Shown here piece by piece: positions 1-9,434 of a DNA stretch of 32,000 nucleotides; the first letter of the stretch is position 1; each line of letters starts with the position of its first letter. The notes under the pieces were generated by a model. That model was not told the origin of the DNA and searched no databases. It saw nothing but the letters and a program-made list of their open reading frames with translations. The stretch is from Flavobacteriaceae bacterium (lineage in GTDB: Bacteria > Bacteroidota > Bacteroidia > Flavobacteriales > Flavobacteriaceae). The stretch is from assembly GCA_965224465.1 (NCBI GenBank), contig OZ245049.1:990001-1022000 (forward strand), given 5' to 3'. The position numbers were made by a program, and so were the translations under genes.

Positions 1-1
1 T

Positions 2-619
2 GTAACTTTTGATTTAGTTTTTAATTTATCTTCTTTAATAGAAAGTTCAAAACTTCAAAACATAGCTGTTCAACAGTTAGAAAAAAACATAAAAATAGCA
101 GCTCTAAATATTAAAATAAACACGGCCACATCTGTACCTAGTCTTCATTTTAACAGCAGTTATAAATGGAACAAAACAGCCAATGACCCTACATATACAT
201 TTGCCAACCAAACGGTAAAAGGGATCAATGCAGGAGTAAACCTCCGTTGGAATATTTTTGATGGTGGACGCACAAAAACACGTGTTGCAAATAGCAAAAT
301 ACTTGCTGAAAATCTTAAACTCAAAGAATCGTTATTGGCGAATGAAATAGAATTATTTGTTAGAAATGTGTTTACACAATATCAAAATGCTCTTATTATT
401 ATAGACGCAGAAAAAAAGAACGTAGAAACCAACAATCACAATTTTAATCGCACAAACGAGCAATATAAACTCGGGCAAATCACCTCTATCGTATTTAGGC
501 AAGCACAAGTAAATCTAATCAATGCACAAACAAACCTAAATAAAGCCACCTATGCCGCTAAAATAGCAGCCTTAAATTTATTGCAATTATCTGGAGCATT
601 ATTAGAAAGTAGTTTTTAA
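2..619 (+). CDS. TolC-family outer-membrane efflux protein, C-terminal part (5' end outside the window)
   Basis: Hand translation shows frame 2 is open from base 2 to the stop at 617-619. The ORF track only starts at the internal TTG at 335. The sequence contains NIFDGGRTKTRV and heptad-like helical segments (QYKLGQITSIVFRQAQVNLINAQTNL) typical of TolC/OprM outer membrane factors. Confidence 0.7.
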   Translation, partial: VTFDLVFNLSSLIESSKLQNIAVQQLEKNIKIAALNIKINTATSVPSLHFNSSYKWNKTANDPTYTFANQTVKGINAGVNLRWNIFDGGRTKTRVANSKILAENLKLKESLLANEIELFVRNVFTQYQNALIIIDAEKKNVETNNHNFNRTNEQYKLGQITSIVFRQAQVNLINAQTNLNKATYAAKIAALNLLQLSGALLESSF

Positions 620-628
620 CAACAAATT

Positions 629-745
629 CAATTCCAAATAACGGGTAAAAATCAACTATTCTCTGTTTTTTAACAACGCTAGCACGTAAAACAAACTTTT
701 TATATCGATCATTTTGAATTGTAGGTTGGTATAAGTTGGTATAAG
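629..745 (+). repeat. MITE-like dispersed intergenic repeat, copy A (short 5' module)
   Basis: Shares the core AACAACGCTAGCACGTAAAACAAAC.TTTATATCG.TCATTTTG.ATTGTAGGTTGGTATAAG with the copies at 5999, 10362, 13661 (reverse complement) and 23811. It starts about 10 nt after the TolC stop. Confidence 0.6.
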
Positions 746-920
746 AATATCCATCTACTATCCCCCTAGATACAGAAAAGAACAACCTATATATAAACAT
801 TCTTTTGATAAATCCATTTCAAAACAATGATTACATCCATATTTTCCTTGATCAGTTTCTAAAATTAGGTCAATTTCAAAAAGTGAGGATTTTTTTAAAA
901 CAATCCAATCAAAATAGCCT

Positions 921-928
921 TATCTTTG
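921..928 (+). promoter_or_regulatory. Candidate Bacteroidota -7 promoter box (TATCTTTG)
   Basis: Matches the TAnnTTTG consensus of Bacteroidota sigma-A promoters and lies 24 nt upstream of the helicase ATG. I saw no clear -33 TTG. Confidence 0.35.
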
Positions 929-951
929 CATATCTGTAAAAAAATCAGACT

Positions 952-2187
952 ATGTCATTTAAAAAACTACAGCTTATAAAGCCTATTTATAGAGCGATTG
1001 CTGAAAAAAATTATACAAGCCCTACACCTATTCAAGAAGCAACAATTCCTGTTGTAATTGAAGGTAGAGATTTAATAGCCTCTGCGCAAACAGGAACGGG
1101 AAAAACTGCAGCCTTTGCGTTGCCAATATTACAACGTTTATTTCATAAGCAAGAAACTCCCAAGAAAGGAAAGAAAATTAGAGCTCTAATTGTCAGTCCA
1201 ACACGAGAACTTGCCGTACAAATAGAAGAGAACTTTAGAAGTTACAGTACTTATACAACCTTAACAAGTACCGTTATTTTTGGAGGAACATCCATAGATC
1301 CACAAAAGGAAATATTAAGAAAAGGAATTGATATTCTGATTGCCACTCCCGGTCGTTTGTTAGATTTACACAAGCAAGATTTAGTAAACTTAGACTTTAT
1401 AGAAACATTGGTTCTAGACGAAGCGGACTTAATGTTAGATATGGGATTTATAGATGATGTTCTAAAAATTGATCGTTTGTGTCCAAAAAACAAACAGCTA
1501 TTATTATTTTCTGCAACTATGCCTGCCAAAGTAATAGAATTAGCCAATTCCATTTTAAAAGATCCCGTTCGCATTCAAATTTCAAACACATCATCCGCAG
1601 CTAAGAACATAAATCAAGCACTTTTTTATGTCCCTAAACAATCTAAGATAGAATTGTGTCTGCATCTTTTAAAAAATCAATATACAGGAAGTATCCTTAT
1701 ATTTAGACGTACAAAACACGGTGTTGATAAATTAGAAAATACCTTACTTAAAAACGGTTTTAATGTTGTGAGTCTTCATGGTGATAAAACACAGAGTGAA
1801 CGCCAAAATGCATTGAATCAATTTAAAAACAACGAGGTATCTATCTTAATTGCTACGGATGTTGCAGCAAGAGGGATTGATATTAAAAATTTGGATACTG
1901 TTATTAATTTCGACATTCCAAATATTCCTGAAACCTATGTCCATAGAATTGGTCGTACAGGAAGGGCAGGAGAAAATGGGAGTTCGATCTCTTTTTGCGC
2001 AGCTGAAGAAAAGCGATATATAGCAACCATACAAAAATTACTTCAAAAAGCAATTCCTGTTGTTATGGAGCACCCTTATCAATTAGACCCGAACGCAGAA
2101 CCCGAAATTCACAGAAAAAAAGGGAGTAAGTATCGAAAAGGAAGAAAATCAGAAGGTTCGAAAAAAAATAAAAAACGTTGGTATTAA
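952..2187 (+). CDS. DEAD-box ATP-dependent RNA helicase (RhlE-like, with basic C-terminal tail)
   Basis: Q-motif region (TPIQEATIP), motif I AQTGTGKT, motif Ia PTRELA, motif II VLDEADLML, motif III SAT and motif VI HRIGRTGRAG. Lys/Arg-rich tail HRKKGSKYRKGRKSEGSKKNKKRWY. Confidence 0.93.
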   Translation: MSFKKLQLIKPIYRAIAEKNYTSPTPIQEATIPVVIEGRDLIASAQTGTGKTAAFALPILQRLFHKQETPKKGKKIRALIVSPTRELAVQIEENFRSYSTYTTLTSTVIFGGTSIDPQKEILRKGIDILIATPGRLLDLHKQDLVNLDFIETLVLDEADLMLDMGFIDDVLKIDRLCPKNKQLLLFSATMPAKVIELANSILKDPVRIQISNTSSAAKNINQALFYVPKQSKIELCLHLLKNQYTGSILIFRRTKHGVDKLENTLLKNGFNVVSLHGDKTQSERQNALNQFKNNEVSILIATDVAARGIDIKNLDTVINFDIPNIPETYVHRIGRTGRAGENGSSISFCAAEEKRYIATIQKLLQKAIPVVMEHPYQLDPNAEPEIHRKKGSKYRKGRKSEGSKKNKKRWY

Positions 2188-2208
2188 ATTACGAGCGAAA
2201 AGAAAAAA

Positions 2209-2250
2209 AATATACATAAAAAAAACGATTGTTTTTTTTATGTATATTTC
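2209..2250 (+). terminator. AT-rich hairpin terminator candidate after the helicase gene
   Basis: AATATACATAAAAAAAA (2209-2225), loop CGATTG, then TTTTTTTTATGTATATT (2232-2248). This is a perfect 17-bp inverted repeat 22 nt after the stop codon. Confidence 0.5.
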
Positions 2251-2289
2251 CAAGTCAATACTCACATTACAAGAGACAATACCCAAAAA

Positions 2290-2868
2290 ATGATATTAGA
2301 AGAATTAAAAAAAAGAAGTGGATCTAGCTGTGAATTATGCGGGTCAAAAGATCATTTATCAGCGTATCAAATTCCACCAGCATTAAACTTAACGGTGGAC
2401 GAGAGTATATTGGCATGCGACACCTGTTTAGACCAGATTAACAATCCAGAAAAAACAGAAGTCAATCACTGGAGGTGTTTAAACGACAGCATGTGGAACG
2501 AGAACCTACCTGTCCAAATAGTTGCTTGGCGTATGTTAAGCCGCTTAAGAGCTGAAGGATGGCCTCAAGACCTTAAAGACATGATGTATTTTGAAGAAAA
2601 AACATTGGTTTGGGCACAAGCAACAGGAGAACATTTAGACGATTCAGAAAAAATCATACACAGAGACAGTAATGGTGTCATCTTAGAAAATGGAGACACC
2701 GTAGTTTTGGTAAAAGACTTAGTAGTTAAAGGTGGCGGATTTACTGCAAAAAGAGGAACAGCGGTACGCAATATTTCGTTGGTTCACGACAACCAAAATC
2801 ATATAGAAGGACGTGTAGGTCCACAACAAATTGTAATTCTTACACAATACGTTAAAAAGAATAATTAA
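2290..2868 (+). CDS. phnA: PhnA/YjdM-family zinc-ribbon protein
   Basis: N-terminal CxxC...CxxC zinc ribbon (CELCGS...CDTC). The C-terminal segment DSNGVILENGDTVVLVKDLVVKGGGFTAKRGTAVRNISLV..HIEGRV..QQIVILTQYVKK is characteristic of PhnA. Confidence 0.85.
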   Translation: MILEELKKRSGSSCELCGSKDHLSAYQIPPALNLTVDESILACDTCLDQINNPEKTEVNHWRCLNDSMWNENLPVQIVAWRMLSRLRAEGWPQDLKDMMYFEEKTLVWAQATGEHLDDSEKIIHRDSNGVILENGDTVVLVKDLVVKGGGFTAKRGTAVRNISLVHDNQNHIEGRVGPQQIVILTQYVKKNN

Positions 2869-2978
2869 TCATATCAAAAAAACAATTGACTCATTTACAG
2901 TAATATATAGAGCAACTATTTCGTTTTCGCAGTACAGCGTAACCCCTTAACTATCAGCTTAACATAGCGAAAAAATAG

Positions 2979-2986
2979 TAAATTTG
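2979..2986 (+). promoter_or_regulatory. Candidate -7 promoter box (TAAATTTG) for ppdK
   Basis: Exact TAnnTTTG match about 90-125 nt upstream of the two possible ppdK starts. Confidence 0.35.
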
Positions 2987-3074
2987 TCATGATATTTATC
3001 AGTATTTATACATTCCTAAGATAGTACATTTGGTCTGTTTTAAAAGCATACAATAATATATTAAACAAATACAT

Positions 3075-5825
3075 ATGGAGACACTTAATGAAGTGGAAAC
3101 ACAAACTGAGATGACAACAAAAAAAGTATATACTTTTGGTGACGGAAAAGCCGAAGGAAAAGCTGAAATGAAAAATTTACTTGGCGGAAAAGGTGCTAAC
3201 CTTGCTGAGATGAATTTAATCGGAGTACCGGTACCTGCAGGGTTTACAATTACTACTGAGGTATGTACAGAGTACAACACCAAAGGAAAAGATGCAGTAG
3301 TTGCTGCAATGAAAGAAGAAGTAGAAGAAGCAGTACGTGCTACAGAAATAGCAATGAACGCAAAATTTGATTCTACAGACGGTTCTTTCCCTTTATTACT
3401 ATCTGTTCGTTCAGGAGCTCGTGTATCTATGCCAGGTATGATGAATACTGTATTGAACTTAGGTATGAATGATGACACCGTAAAAATAATTGCTGAGTCC
3501 TCTGGAAATCCAGAATTCGCATACGATTCTTACCGTCGTTTTATTCAAATGTATGGTAATGTAGTAATGGGAGTTGAAGCAGAAGATGGTGAACACTGTC
3601 CTTTCGAGATTGTTTTAGACAAAATGAAAGCGGCAAAAGGATATGCTTCTGATAACGAAATGAACTTAGAAGACCTTAAAACAGTAATTGAAGAATTTAA
3701 AGTAGTAGTTCGCAAGGCTGCTGGTGAAGACTTCCCTACAAACCCATGGGATCAATTATGGGGATCTGTATGTGCTGTATTCGATTCTTGGAATACAGAA
3801 AGAGCTATCTTGTACCGTCGTATGGAAAACATTCCTGGAGAATGGGGAACTGCGGTTAACGTTCAAGCAATGGTATATGGTAACATGGGTGAGACTTCTG
3901 CAACTGGAGTTTGTTTCTCTCGTGACGCTGCCACTGGTGAAGACCAATTTAATGGTGAGTATTTAGTGAATGCACAAGGTGAAGACGTTGTTGCAGGTGT
4001 TCGTACTCCATTAGAAATTACTTTAATCGGATCTAAACGTTGGGCTGTAAGAGGTGGAACTTCTGAAGAAGTTCGTGCAAAAGACTTCCCTTCTTTAGAA
4101 GAGGTTATGCCTAAATTGTACGCAGAATTAGATGCTGTACAACAAAAATTAGAAGATCACTACGGTGACATGCAAGACATGGAGTTCACCATTCAAGATG
4201 GTAAACTTTGGATGCTACAAACTCGTAGTGGAAAACGTACTGGTGCTGCTATGGTAAAAATGGCTGTAGATATGTTAGCGCAAGGTATGATTGATGAAAA
4301 GACTGCCATCTTACGTCAAGAGCCAAATAAATTAGACGAATTATTACACCCTGTATTTGATTTAGCTGCTTTGGATGCTGCAAAAGAACTTTCTAAAGGT
4401 CTTCCTGCTTCTCCAGGTGCTGCCACTGGTCAAATCGTATTTTCTGCAGACGCTGCTGAAAAATGGGCTGCTGATGGTAAAAAAGTAATCTTAGTACGTC
4501 GTGAAACTTCTCCGGAAGATTTAAAAGGAATGTACGCTGCTGAAGGTATTTTAACAGAACGTGGAGGAATGACTTCTCACGCGGCTGTTGTTGCTCGTGG
4601 TATGGGAAAATGTTGTATTTCTTCTGCTGCTGGTATTGTTGTAGGTTCTAAATCTATGACCGTAAGCGGTGTTGAATATAAAGAAGGTGACTTTATCTCA
4701 TTAAACGGTACTACTGGTATTGTATATGAAGGAAAAGTTGGAACCATTACTCCTACTTTAGATGGAGACTTTGGAAAATTAATGGACTTAGCTAAAAAGA
4801 ACACACGTATGTATGTTCGTACAAATGCTGACTCTCCTGCAGATGCTAAAACAGCTGCTGAATTTGGAGCAGAAGGTATTGGACTTTGTCGTACTGAGCA
4901 CATGTTCTTCGAAGGAGACCGTATCTGGGCTATTCGTGAAATGATCTTAGCAGATGATTTAGCTGGTCGTAAAGATGCATTGGCAAAATTATTACCTATC
5001 CAACGTGAAGATTTCTACGGAATCTTAAAAGCAATGGATGGATTTGGTGTTACGGTTCGTTTATTGGATCCACCACTTCATGAATTCACTCCAAACGATG
5101 AAGCTTCTCAAAAAGAAATGGCTGAGCGTTTAGGAATTGCATTTGATGTAGTAAAAGCAAAAGTTGATTCATTACATGAATTCAATCCAATGTTAGGACA
5201 TAGAGGTTGTCGTTTAGGAAACACCTACCCAGAAATTACTGAAATGCAAGCGAGAGCAATTATCGAAGCTGCATGTGAATTGAAAGCTGAAGGATTTGAT
5301 CCTAAACCAGAAATCATGGTACCATTAATCGGAACTATGGAAGAATTTGTAATGCAAGAAGCTATCATCCGTGAGGTTGCTGCTACTGTATTCGAAGAAA
5401 AAGGTATCAAAGTTGATTTCTTAGTTGGAACAATGATTGAAATCCCTCGTGCTTGTTTAACTGCAGAAAGTATTGCAAAACATGCTGAATTCTTCTCTTT
5501 CGGAACAAACGATTTAACCCAAATGGGATTCGGATATTCTAGAGATGATGCTGGTAAATTCTTACCTATCTATATTGAAAAAGGAATCTTAAAACACGAT
5601 CCTTTCCAAGTATTAGATCAAGAAGGAATTGGTCAATTAGTTGAAATGGGATGTACTAGAGGTAAACTTGGTCGTCCTGATATCAAATTAGGAATCTGTG
5701 GTGAACACGGTGGTGATCCTACTTCTGTTGAATTCTGTCACAGAGTTGGTATGGACTACGTTTCTTGTTCTCCTTTCCGTGTGCCAATTGCACGTTTGGC
5801 TGCTGCACAAGCAAACTTAAGATAG
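3075..5825 (+). CDS. ppdK: Pyruvate, phosphate dikinase
   Basis: Has GGKGANLAEM, the phosphohistidine loop GGMTSHAAVVARGMGK, the PEP-utilising TIM-barrel motifs GLCRTEHMF and FSFGTNDLTQ, and CGEHGGDP. The true start may be the ATG at 3111 (MTTKKVYTFGDG), which resembles the usual PPDK N-terminus. Codon usage is strongly biased (cgt/ggt/gct/tct), consistent with high expression. Confidence 0.97.
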   Translation: METLNEVETQTEMTTKKVYTFGDGKAEGKAEMKNLLGGKGANLAEMNLIGVPVPAGFTITTEVCTEYNTKGKDAVVAAMKEEVEEAVRATEIAMNAKFDSTDGSFPLLLSVRSGARVSMPGMMNTVLNLGMNDDTVKIIAESSGNPEFAYDSYRRFIQMYGNVVMGVEAEDGEHCPFEIVLDKMKAAKGYASDNEMNLEDLKTVIEEFKVVVRKAAGEDFPTNPWDQLWGSVCAVFDSWNTERAILYRRMENIPGEWGTAVNVQAMVYGNMGETSATGVCFSRDAATGEDQFNGEYLVNAQGEDVVAGVRTPLEITLIGSKRWAVRGGTSEEVRAKDFPSLEEVMPKLYAELDAVQQKLEDHYGDMQDMEFTIQDGKLWMLQTRSGKRTGAAMVKMAVDMLAQGMIDEKTAILRQEPNKLDELLHPVFDLAALDAAKELSKGLPASPGAATGQIVFSADAAEKWAADGKKVILVRRETSPEDLKGMYAAEGILTERGGMTSHAAVVARGMGKCCISSAAGIVVGSKSMTVSGVEYKEGDFISLNGTTGIVYEGKVGTITPTLDGDFGKLMDLAKKNTRMYVRTNADSPADAKTAAEFGAEGIGLCRTEHMFFEGDRIWAIREMILADDLAGRKDALAKLLPIQREDFYGILKAMDGFGVTVRLLDPPLHEFTPNDEASQKEMAERLGIAFDVVKAKVDSLHEFNPMLGHRGCRLGNTYPEITEMQARAIIEAACELKAEGFDPKPEIMVPLIGTMEEFVMQEAIIREVAATVFEEKGIKVDFLVGTMIEIPRACLTAESIAKHAEFFSFGTNDLTQMGFGYSRDDAGKFLPIYIEKGILKHDPFQVLDQEGIGQLVEMGCTRGKLGRPDIKLGICGEHGGDPTSVEFCHRVGMDYVSCSPFRVPIARLAAAQANLR

Positions 5826-5850
5826 TATTTTAATACTCAATATTTTTAAA

Positions 5851-5884
5851 AGTAGCGATGATCTAATCATCGCTACTTTTTTTT
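5851..5884 (+). terminator. Rho-independent terminator of ppdK
   Basis: AGTAGCGATGAT-CTA-ATCATCGCTACT is a perfect 12-bp stem followed by TTTTTTTT, 26 nt after the stop. Confidence 0.85.
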
Positions 5885-5998
5885 GTCTAATACTCTAGGA
5901 AAAGGATTCAAAAATCATTTAAAAAAAGCCTCCTTTTCTATTCTATAAAACAAAAAACAACCACCACTCAACACGGTTGAATATCTATTTTTAAACAG

Positions 5999-6169
5999 TA
6001 ATACCAAATACATTTCCAAGTGACGGTTTAAAAATGGAATTATTTTTTGTTTTAGCTAGGCGATAAATCTAAGGATAGCCATAGTTATCGTTCTATTTTT
6101 CAACAACACTAAAACGTAAAACAAACTATTTATATCGGTCATTTCGGATTGTAGGTTGGTATAAGTTGG
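5999..6169 (+). repeat. MITE-like dispersed intergenic repeat, copy B (full length)
   Basis: Starts TAATACCAAATACATTTCCAAGTGACGG and ends CGGATTGTAGGTTGGTATAAGTTGG. The two ends are imperfect inverted repeats (ATACCAA..ACA..TCC). Near-identical in long stretches to copy C. Confidence 0.7.
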
Positions 6170-6200
6170 AAATGGATTTGGTATTATGTAACTTTACCCC

Positions 6201-6953
6201 ATGATAAACGTGGTACTTTTAGGCGCTGGAAACGTAGCGTCACATTTAACAACAGTCTTTTTAAACACACAAGGAATCAACTTGATTCAAGTGTACAATA
6301 GAAGTATCAATAACATAACACATTTAGCTAAAAAAACAGCTATTACTAGCCAGACATCTCAGTTAAAAGATGCCGATATTTATATCATCGCCATTCCTGA
6401 CAATTACATCACCGAACTAGAAGACCAACTATTTTTAAAAGATAAATTAGTGGTACACACCTCTGGTTCTGTGGATATAAAAGAATTAAAAAAAAATACG
6501 AATACAGGTGTATTTTACCCTTTACAATCTTTTTCGAAAAACAAAAAAGTTGATTTTTCTAGCATTCCTATTTGCATAGAAAGCAGCCATAAAACATCCC
6601 TCCTTTTACTCGAAAAATTAGCCTATTTAATAGCTAACAATGTCTATCACATTAATTCAGAGCAACGTAAAAAATTACATTTAGCAGCTGTATTTGTAAA
6701 CAATTTTGTCAACCACATCTATCATATTGGAGACATGATTTGTACTCAAAACAACATTCCATTTGAGATATTACAACCACTAATTAAAGATACAGCTCAA
6801 AAAATAACAACGCTCTCCCCTTTAGAAGCACAAACAGGCCCTGCAAAAAGAAATGATACAAATACTATAAATAAACATGTAGCAATGTTAGCAACAGAAG
6901 AAGCTGAAATTTACGCATTGCTCACTAAAAATATATACAAAACACATGGATAA
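6201..6953 (+). CDS. Rossmann-fold / DUF2520 domain protein (putative NAD(P)-binding oxidoreductase-like)
   Basis: N-terminal dinucleotide-binding motif VVLLGAGNVASHL. The C-terminal QTGPAKRNDTNTINKH resembles the conserved TGPxxRxD motif of DUF2520 proteins. It lies upstream of a KdsC-type gene, as I recall being common in Flavobacteriia. Confidence 0.65.
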   Translation: MINVVLLGAGNVASHLTTVFLNTQGINLIQVYNRSINNITHLAKKTAITSQTSQLKDADIYIIAIPDNYITELEDQLFLKDKLVVHTSGSVDIKELKKNTNTGVFYPLQSFSKNKKVDFSSIPICIESSHKTSLLLLEKLAYLIANNVYHINSEQRKKLHLAAVFVNNFVNHIYHIGDMICTQNNIPFEILQPLIKDTAQKITTLSPLEAQTGPAKRNDTNTINKHVAMLATEEAEIYALLTKNIYKTHG

Positions 6954-7473
6954 AAGTTATAAAGAAATAATGCCAAACATCACAACATTTATTTTTGATG
7001 TAGACGGCGTATTAACCGATGGAATAGTAACAATCACCACCACAGGTGAAATGATTAGAAATATGCACACCAAAGACGGATATGCTTTAAAAACAGCAGT
7101 AGACGCAGGATACAACGTATGTATTATTTCTGGAGGAACTAACGAAGGCGTTCGAAAACGCTTAGAAGGACTTGGGATTACACAGATTTATTTAGGTGCT
7201 CATCAAAAATTAGAACAATTTTATGAGTACTGTGACGGGCATGAAATAAACCCTGAAAATATTTTATACATGGGCGATGATATCCCAGATTACCCTGTGA
7301 TGAAAAAAGTAGGATTGCCTTGCTGTCCACTTGATGCAGTTCAAGAAATACAAGAAATCTCATCTTATGTTTCTCAAAAAAATGGAGGAAAAGGATGCGT
7401 GAGAGATGTGATTGAACAAGTACTTAAAGTACAAGGAAAATGGAATGGAAAATTTGATGCGAAGTATGATTAG
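6946..7473 (+). CDS. kdsC: KdsC-family HAD phosphatase (3-deoxy-D-manno-octulosonate 8-phosphate phosphatase-like)
   Basis: HAD motif I FIFDVDGVLTDG, then KDGYALK, ISGG and motif IV MGDDIPD. The size (175 aa) is typical of KdsC. The start overlaps the upstream stop (ATGGATAA), which suggests translational coupling. Confidence 0.8.
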   Translation: MDKSYKEIMPNITTFIFDVDGVLTDGIVTITTTGEMIRNMHTKDGYALKTAVDAGYNVCIISGGTNEGVRKRLEGLGITQIYLGAHQKLEQFYEYCDGHEINPENILYMGDDIPDYPVMKKVGLPCCPLDAVQEIQEISSYVSQKNGGKGCVRDVIEQVLKVQGKWNGKFDAKYD

Positions 7474-7530
7474 TGATCACGAACTAAATGCACAAAAAAG
7501 CATCACGTGTCAAGACCAAAACTAAAAAAA

Positions 7531-7567
7531 GTCCCGAATGTAACCTGTTACATTCGGGACTTTTTTT
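7531..7567. terminator. Bidirectional rho-independent terminator between the convergent kdsC-like and pcm genes
   Basis: GTCCCGAATGTAAC-CTG-TTACATTCGGGAC is a 14-bp stem (one G-T wobble) flanked by an A-run on the left and a T-run on the right. Confidence 0.85.
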
Positions 7568-7593
7568 ATATTCTTTTCTCTAATTCATTGTCC

Positions 7594-8235
7594 TTAATTC
7601 TTATCCTTCAATAAAGGCACGAATTTAAAATCACCAAACTCATGTTTTTCAAAAGTTGAAGTTCCAGTTCTAATAATCAAAGTCATTATTTGAGTAGTCT
7701 CTCCAACAGGAATCACCAACCTTCCTCCTATTTTTAATTGACTCATTAATGGTTTTGGAATAAACGGGGCACCAGCAGTCACAATAATCCCATCATAAGG
7801 AGCATACTCTTTCAATCCAACATATCCATCACCAAACCCCATATGTCGAGGTCTATATCTTAATTTAGACAATAAAATAGAGGTCTTTTTAAACAGTTCT
7901 TTTTGACGTTCTATAGTATATACTCTAGCTTTCAACTCCAATAAAACAGCTGTTTGGTAGCCAGAACCAGTTCCTATTTCAAGTATTTGATCTCCTTTTT
8001 TAATTTCAAGTAATTCACTTTGAAAAGCAACAGTATACGGTTGGGAAATGGTTTGTTCTGCACCAATAGGAAAGGCTTTATCTTGATACGCAAAATTCTC
8101 AAAACTAGAATCCATAAAATAATGACGGGGAATTTTACGAATGGCATCCAATACCAACGTATCGTTTACACCTTGTAATTTTATAATATCCACTAATTGA
8201 TTCCTAAGCCCTTGATGTTTTAACGTATCTATCAC
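7594..8235 (-). CDS. pcm: Protein-L-isoaspartate O-methyltransferase
   Basis: Has IPRHYFMD, AFPIGAEQTISQPYTVA, the SAM-binding motif ILEIGTGSGYQTAVL, and DGIIVTAGAP...QLKIGGRLVIPVG. The start codon is apparently GTG. Confidence 0.92.
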   Translation of the reverse strand: MIDTLKHQGLRNQLVDIIKLQGVNDTLVLDAIRKIPRHYFMDSSFENFAYQDKAFPIGAEQTISQPYTVAFQSELLEIKKGDQILEIGTGSGYQTAVLLELKARVYTIERQKELFKKTSILLSKLRYRPRHMGFGDGYVGLKEYAPYDGIIVTAGAPFIPKPLMSQLKIGGRLVIPVGETTQIMTLIIRTGTSTFEKHEFGDFKFVPLLKDKN

Positions 8236-8258
8236 TATATTTATTAAATTTGAAAGCT

Positions 8259-8266
8259 CAAAATTA
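8259..8266 (-). promoter_or_regulatory. Candidate -7 box (TAATTTTG on the minus strand) for pcm
   Basis: TAnnTTTG match 24 nt upstream of the pcm start, in the divergent spacer shared with the oxidoreductase gene. Confidence 0.35.
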
Positions 8267-8288
8267 AGGATAAATCAATAACAATCCC

Positions 8289-8296
8289 TATTTTTG
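8289..8296 (+). promoter_or_regulatory. Candidate -7 box (TATTTTTG) for the Gfo/Idh/MocA gene
   Basis: TAnnTTTG match 28 nt upstream of the ATG at 8324. A second match (TAAATTTG, 8245-8252) also exists, so the assignment is ambiguous. Confidence 0.35.
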
Positions 8297-8323
8297 TAAT
8301 TATAAAAAAATAAACTTATTACT

Positions 8324-9283
8324 ATGCTTAAAGTAGGTGTTTTAGGTGCTGGTCACCTTGGGAAAATTCATTTAAAATTATTAAAACAATCCGAAAAATA
8401 CGAACTAGTAGGTTTTTTTGATCCAATACCCGAAAATGCTGCATCCGTAGCAAAAGAATTTGGTTATAAAACATTCGATTCCGTAAGCGAACTGATACAA
8501 GCCGTAGATGTTATAGACATTGTTACCCCAACCTTAAACCATTTTGAATGTGCTAAAGAAGCCATTGAAAACGGAAAACATATATTTGTAGAAAAACCAA
8601 TTACAAAATCAGTTGCAGAAGCAGAAACCTTAATTGCTTTGGCGAAGAAACACAATGTAAAAGGCCAAGTAGGACATGTAGAGCGATTCAACCCTGCATT
8701 TAGTGCTGTGAAAGATTCCATTAAAAATCCGATGTTTATAGAATCACATCGTTTGGCAGAATTCAATCCTAGAGGAACAGATGTCCCCGTAGTTTTGGAC
8801 TTAATGATTCACGATATTGATATTATTTTAAGTGTTGTAAAATCTAAAGTAAAAAACATTAGCGCTAGTGGCATCTCTGTAATTAGTGAGACTCCAGATA
8901 TTGCCAATGCACGCATCGAATTTGAAAATGGCTGTGTGGCAAATTTAACTTCGAGTAGGATTTCTTTGAAGAACATGCGTAAAACACGTTTTTTTCAAAA
9001 AGATGCTTACATCGCAGTTGACTTTTTTGAAAAAGCAACAGAGGTGGTAAAAATGAAAGACGCACCCAAAATCCCAGGAGATTTTGATATGATATTACAA
9101 AATGCTGAAGGAATAAAAAAGCAAATTTATTTTGAAAACCCAACAGTAGAAGCAAATAATGCCATTTTAGATGAATTAAACACATTCGCAGATGCCATAG
9201 AAAACAACACCACTCCAATTGTAACTTTAGAACAAGGAACAGAAGCATTGAGAGTTGCTTACCAAATTATCGATAATTTTTAG
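8324..9283 (+). CDS. Gfo/Idh/MocA-family NAD(P)-dependent oxidoreductase
   Basis: N-terminal Rossmann motif KVGVLGAGHLGKIH and the EKP motif (HIFVEKPI). Length and C-terminal alpha/beta domain are typical of the family. Confidence 0.85.
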   Translation: MLKVGVLGAGHLGKIHLKLLKQSEKYELVGFFDPIPENAASVAKEFGYKTFDSVSELIQAVDVIDIVTPTLNHFECAKEAIENGKHIFVEKPITKSVAEAETLIALAKKHNVKGQVGHVERFNPAFSAVKDSIKNPMFIESHRLAEFNPRGTDVPVVLDLMIHDIDIILSVVKSKVKNISASGISVISETPDIANARIEFENGCVANLTSSRISLKNMRKTRFFQKDAYIAVDFFEKATEVVKMKDAPKIPGDFDMILQNAEGIKKQIYFENPTVEANNAILDELNTFADAIENNTTPIVTLEQGTEALRVAYQIIDNF

Positions 9284-9312
9284 TAATTAAAGATCATATT
9301 GAGTATTGAGCA

Positions 9313-9360
9313 AAAATCTAAATTAGGAAAAACCTTTTGTTTTTTTTAATTTAGATTTTT
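9313..9360 (+). terminator. Long inverted repeat / terminator candidate after the oxidoreductase gene
   Basis: AAAATCTAAATTA (9313-9325) pairs with TAATTTAGATTTT (9347-9359). The loop is T-rich and a T-run follows. Confidence 0.45.
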
Positions 9361-9434
9361 ATTAACAATAGTTTCCCTCCTAAACACAGGAAACAACCAT
9401 CCCCGTAAAAACGGGAACACACACGCTCAATACT

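Noticed and set aside
558-800. 80-aa minus-strand ORF after the TolC gene
   Set aside because: It overlaps the TolC 3' end and MITE copy A. The translation has no motif, and similar pseudo-ORFs arise at other MITE copies.
3724-5410. Track ORFs inside ppdK on the opposite strand or in alternative frames (3724-3966, 3756-3947, 4577-4903, 5225-5410; also 2999-3478)
   Set aside because: They are fully nested in, or overlap, a high-confidence and strongly codon-biased gene. Their translations are low-complexity with no motifs, typical of shadow ORFs.
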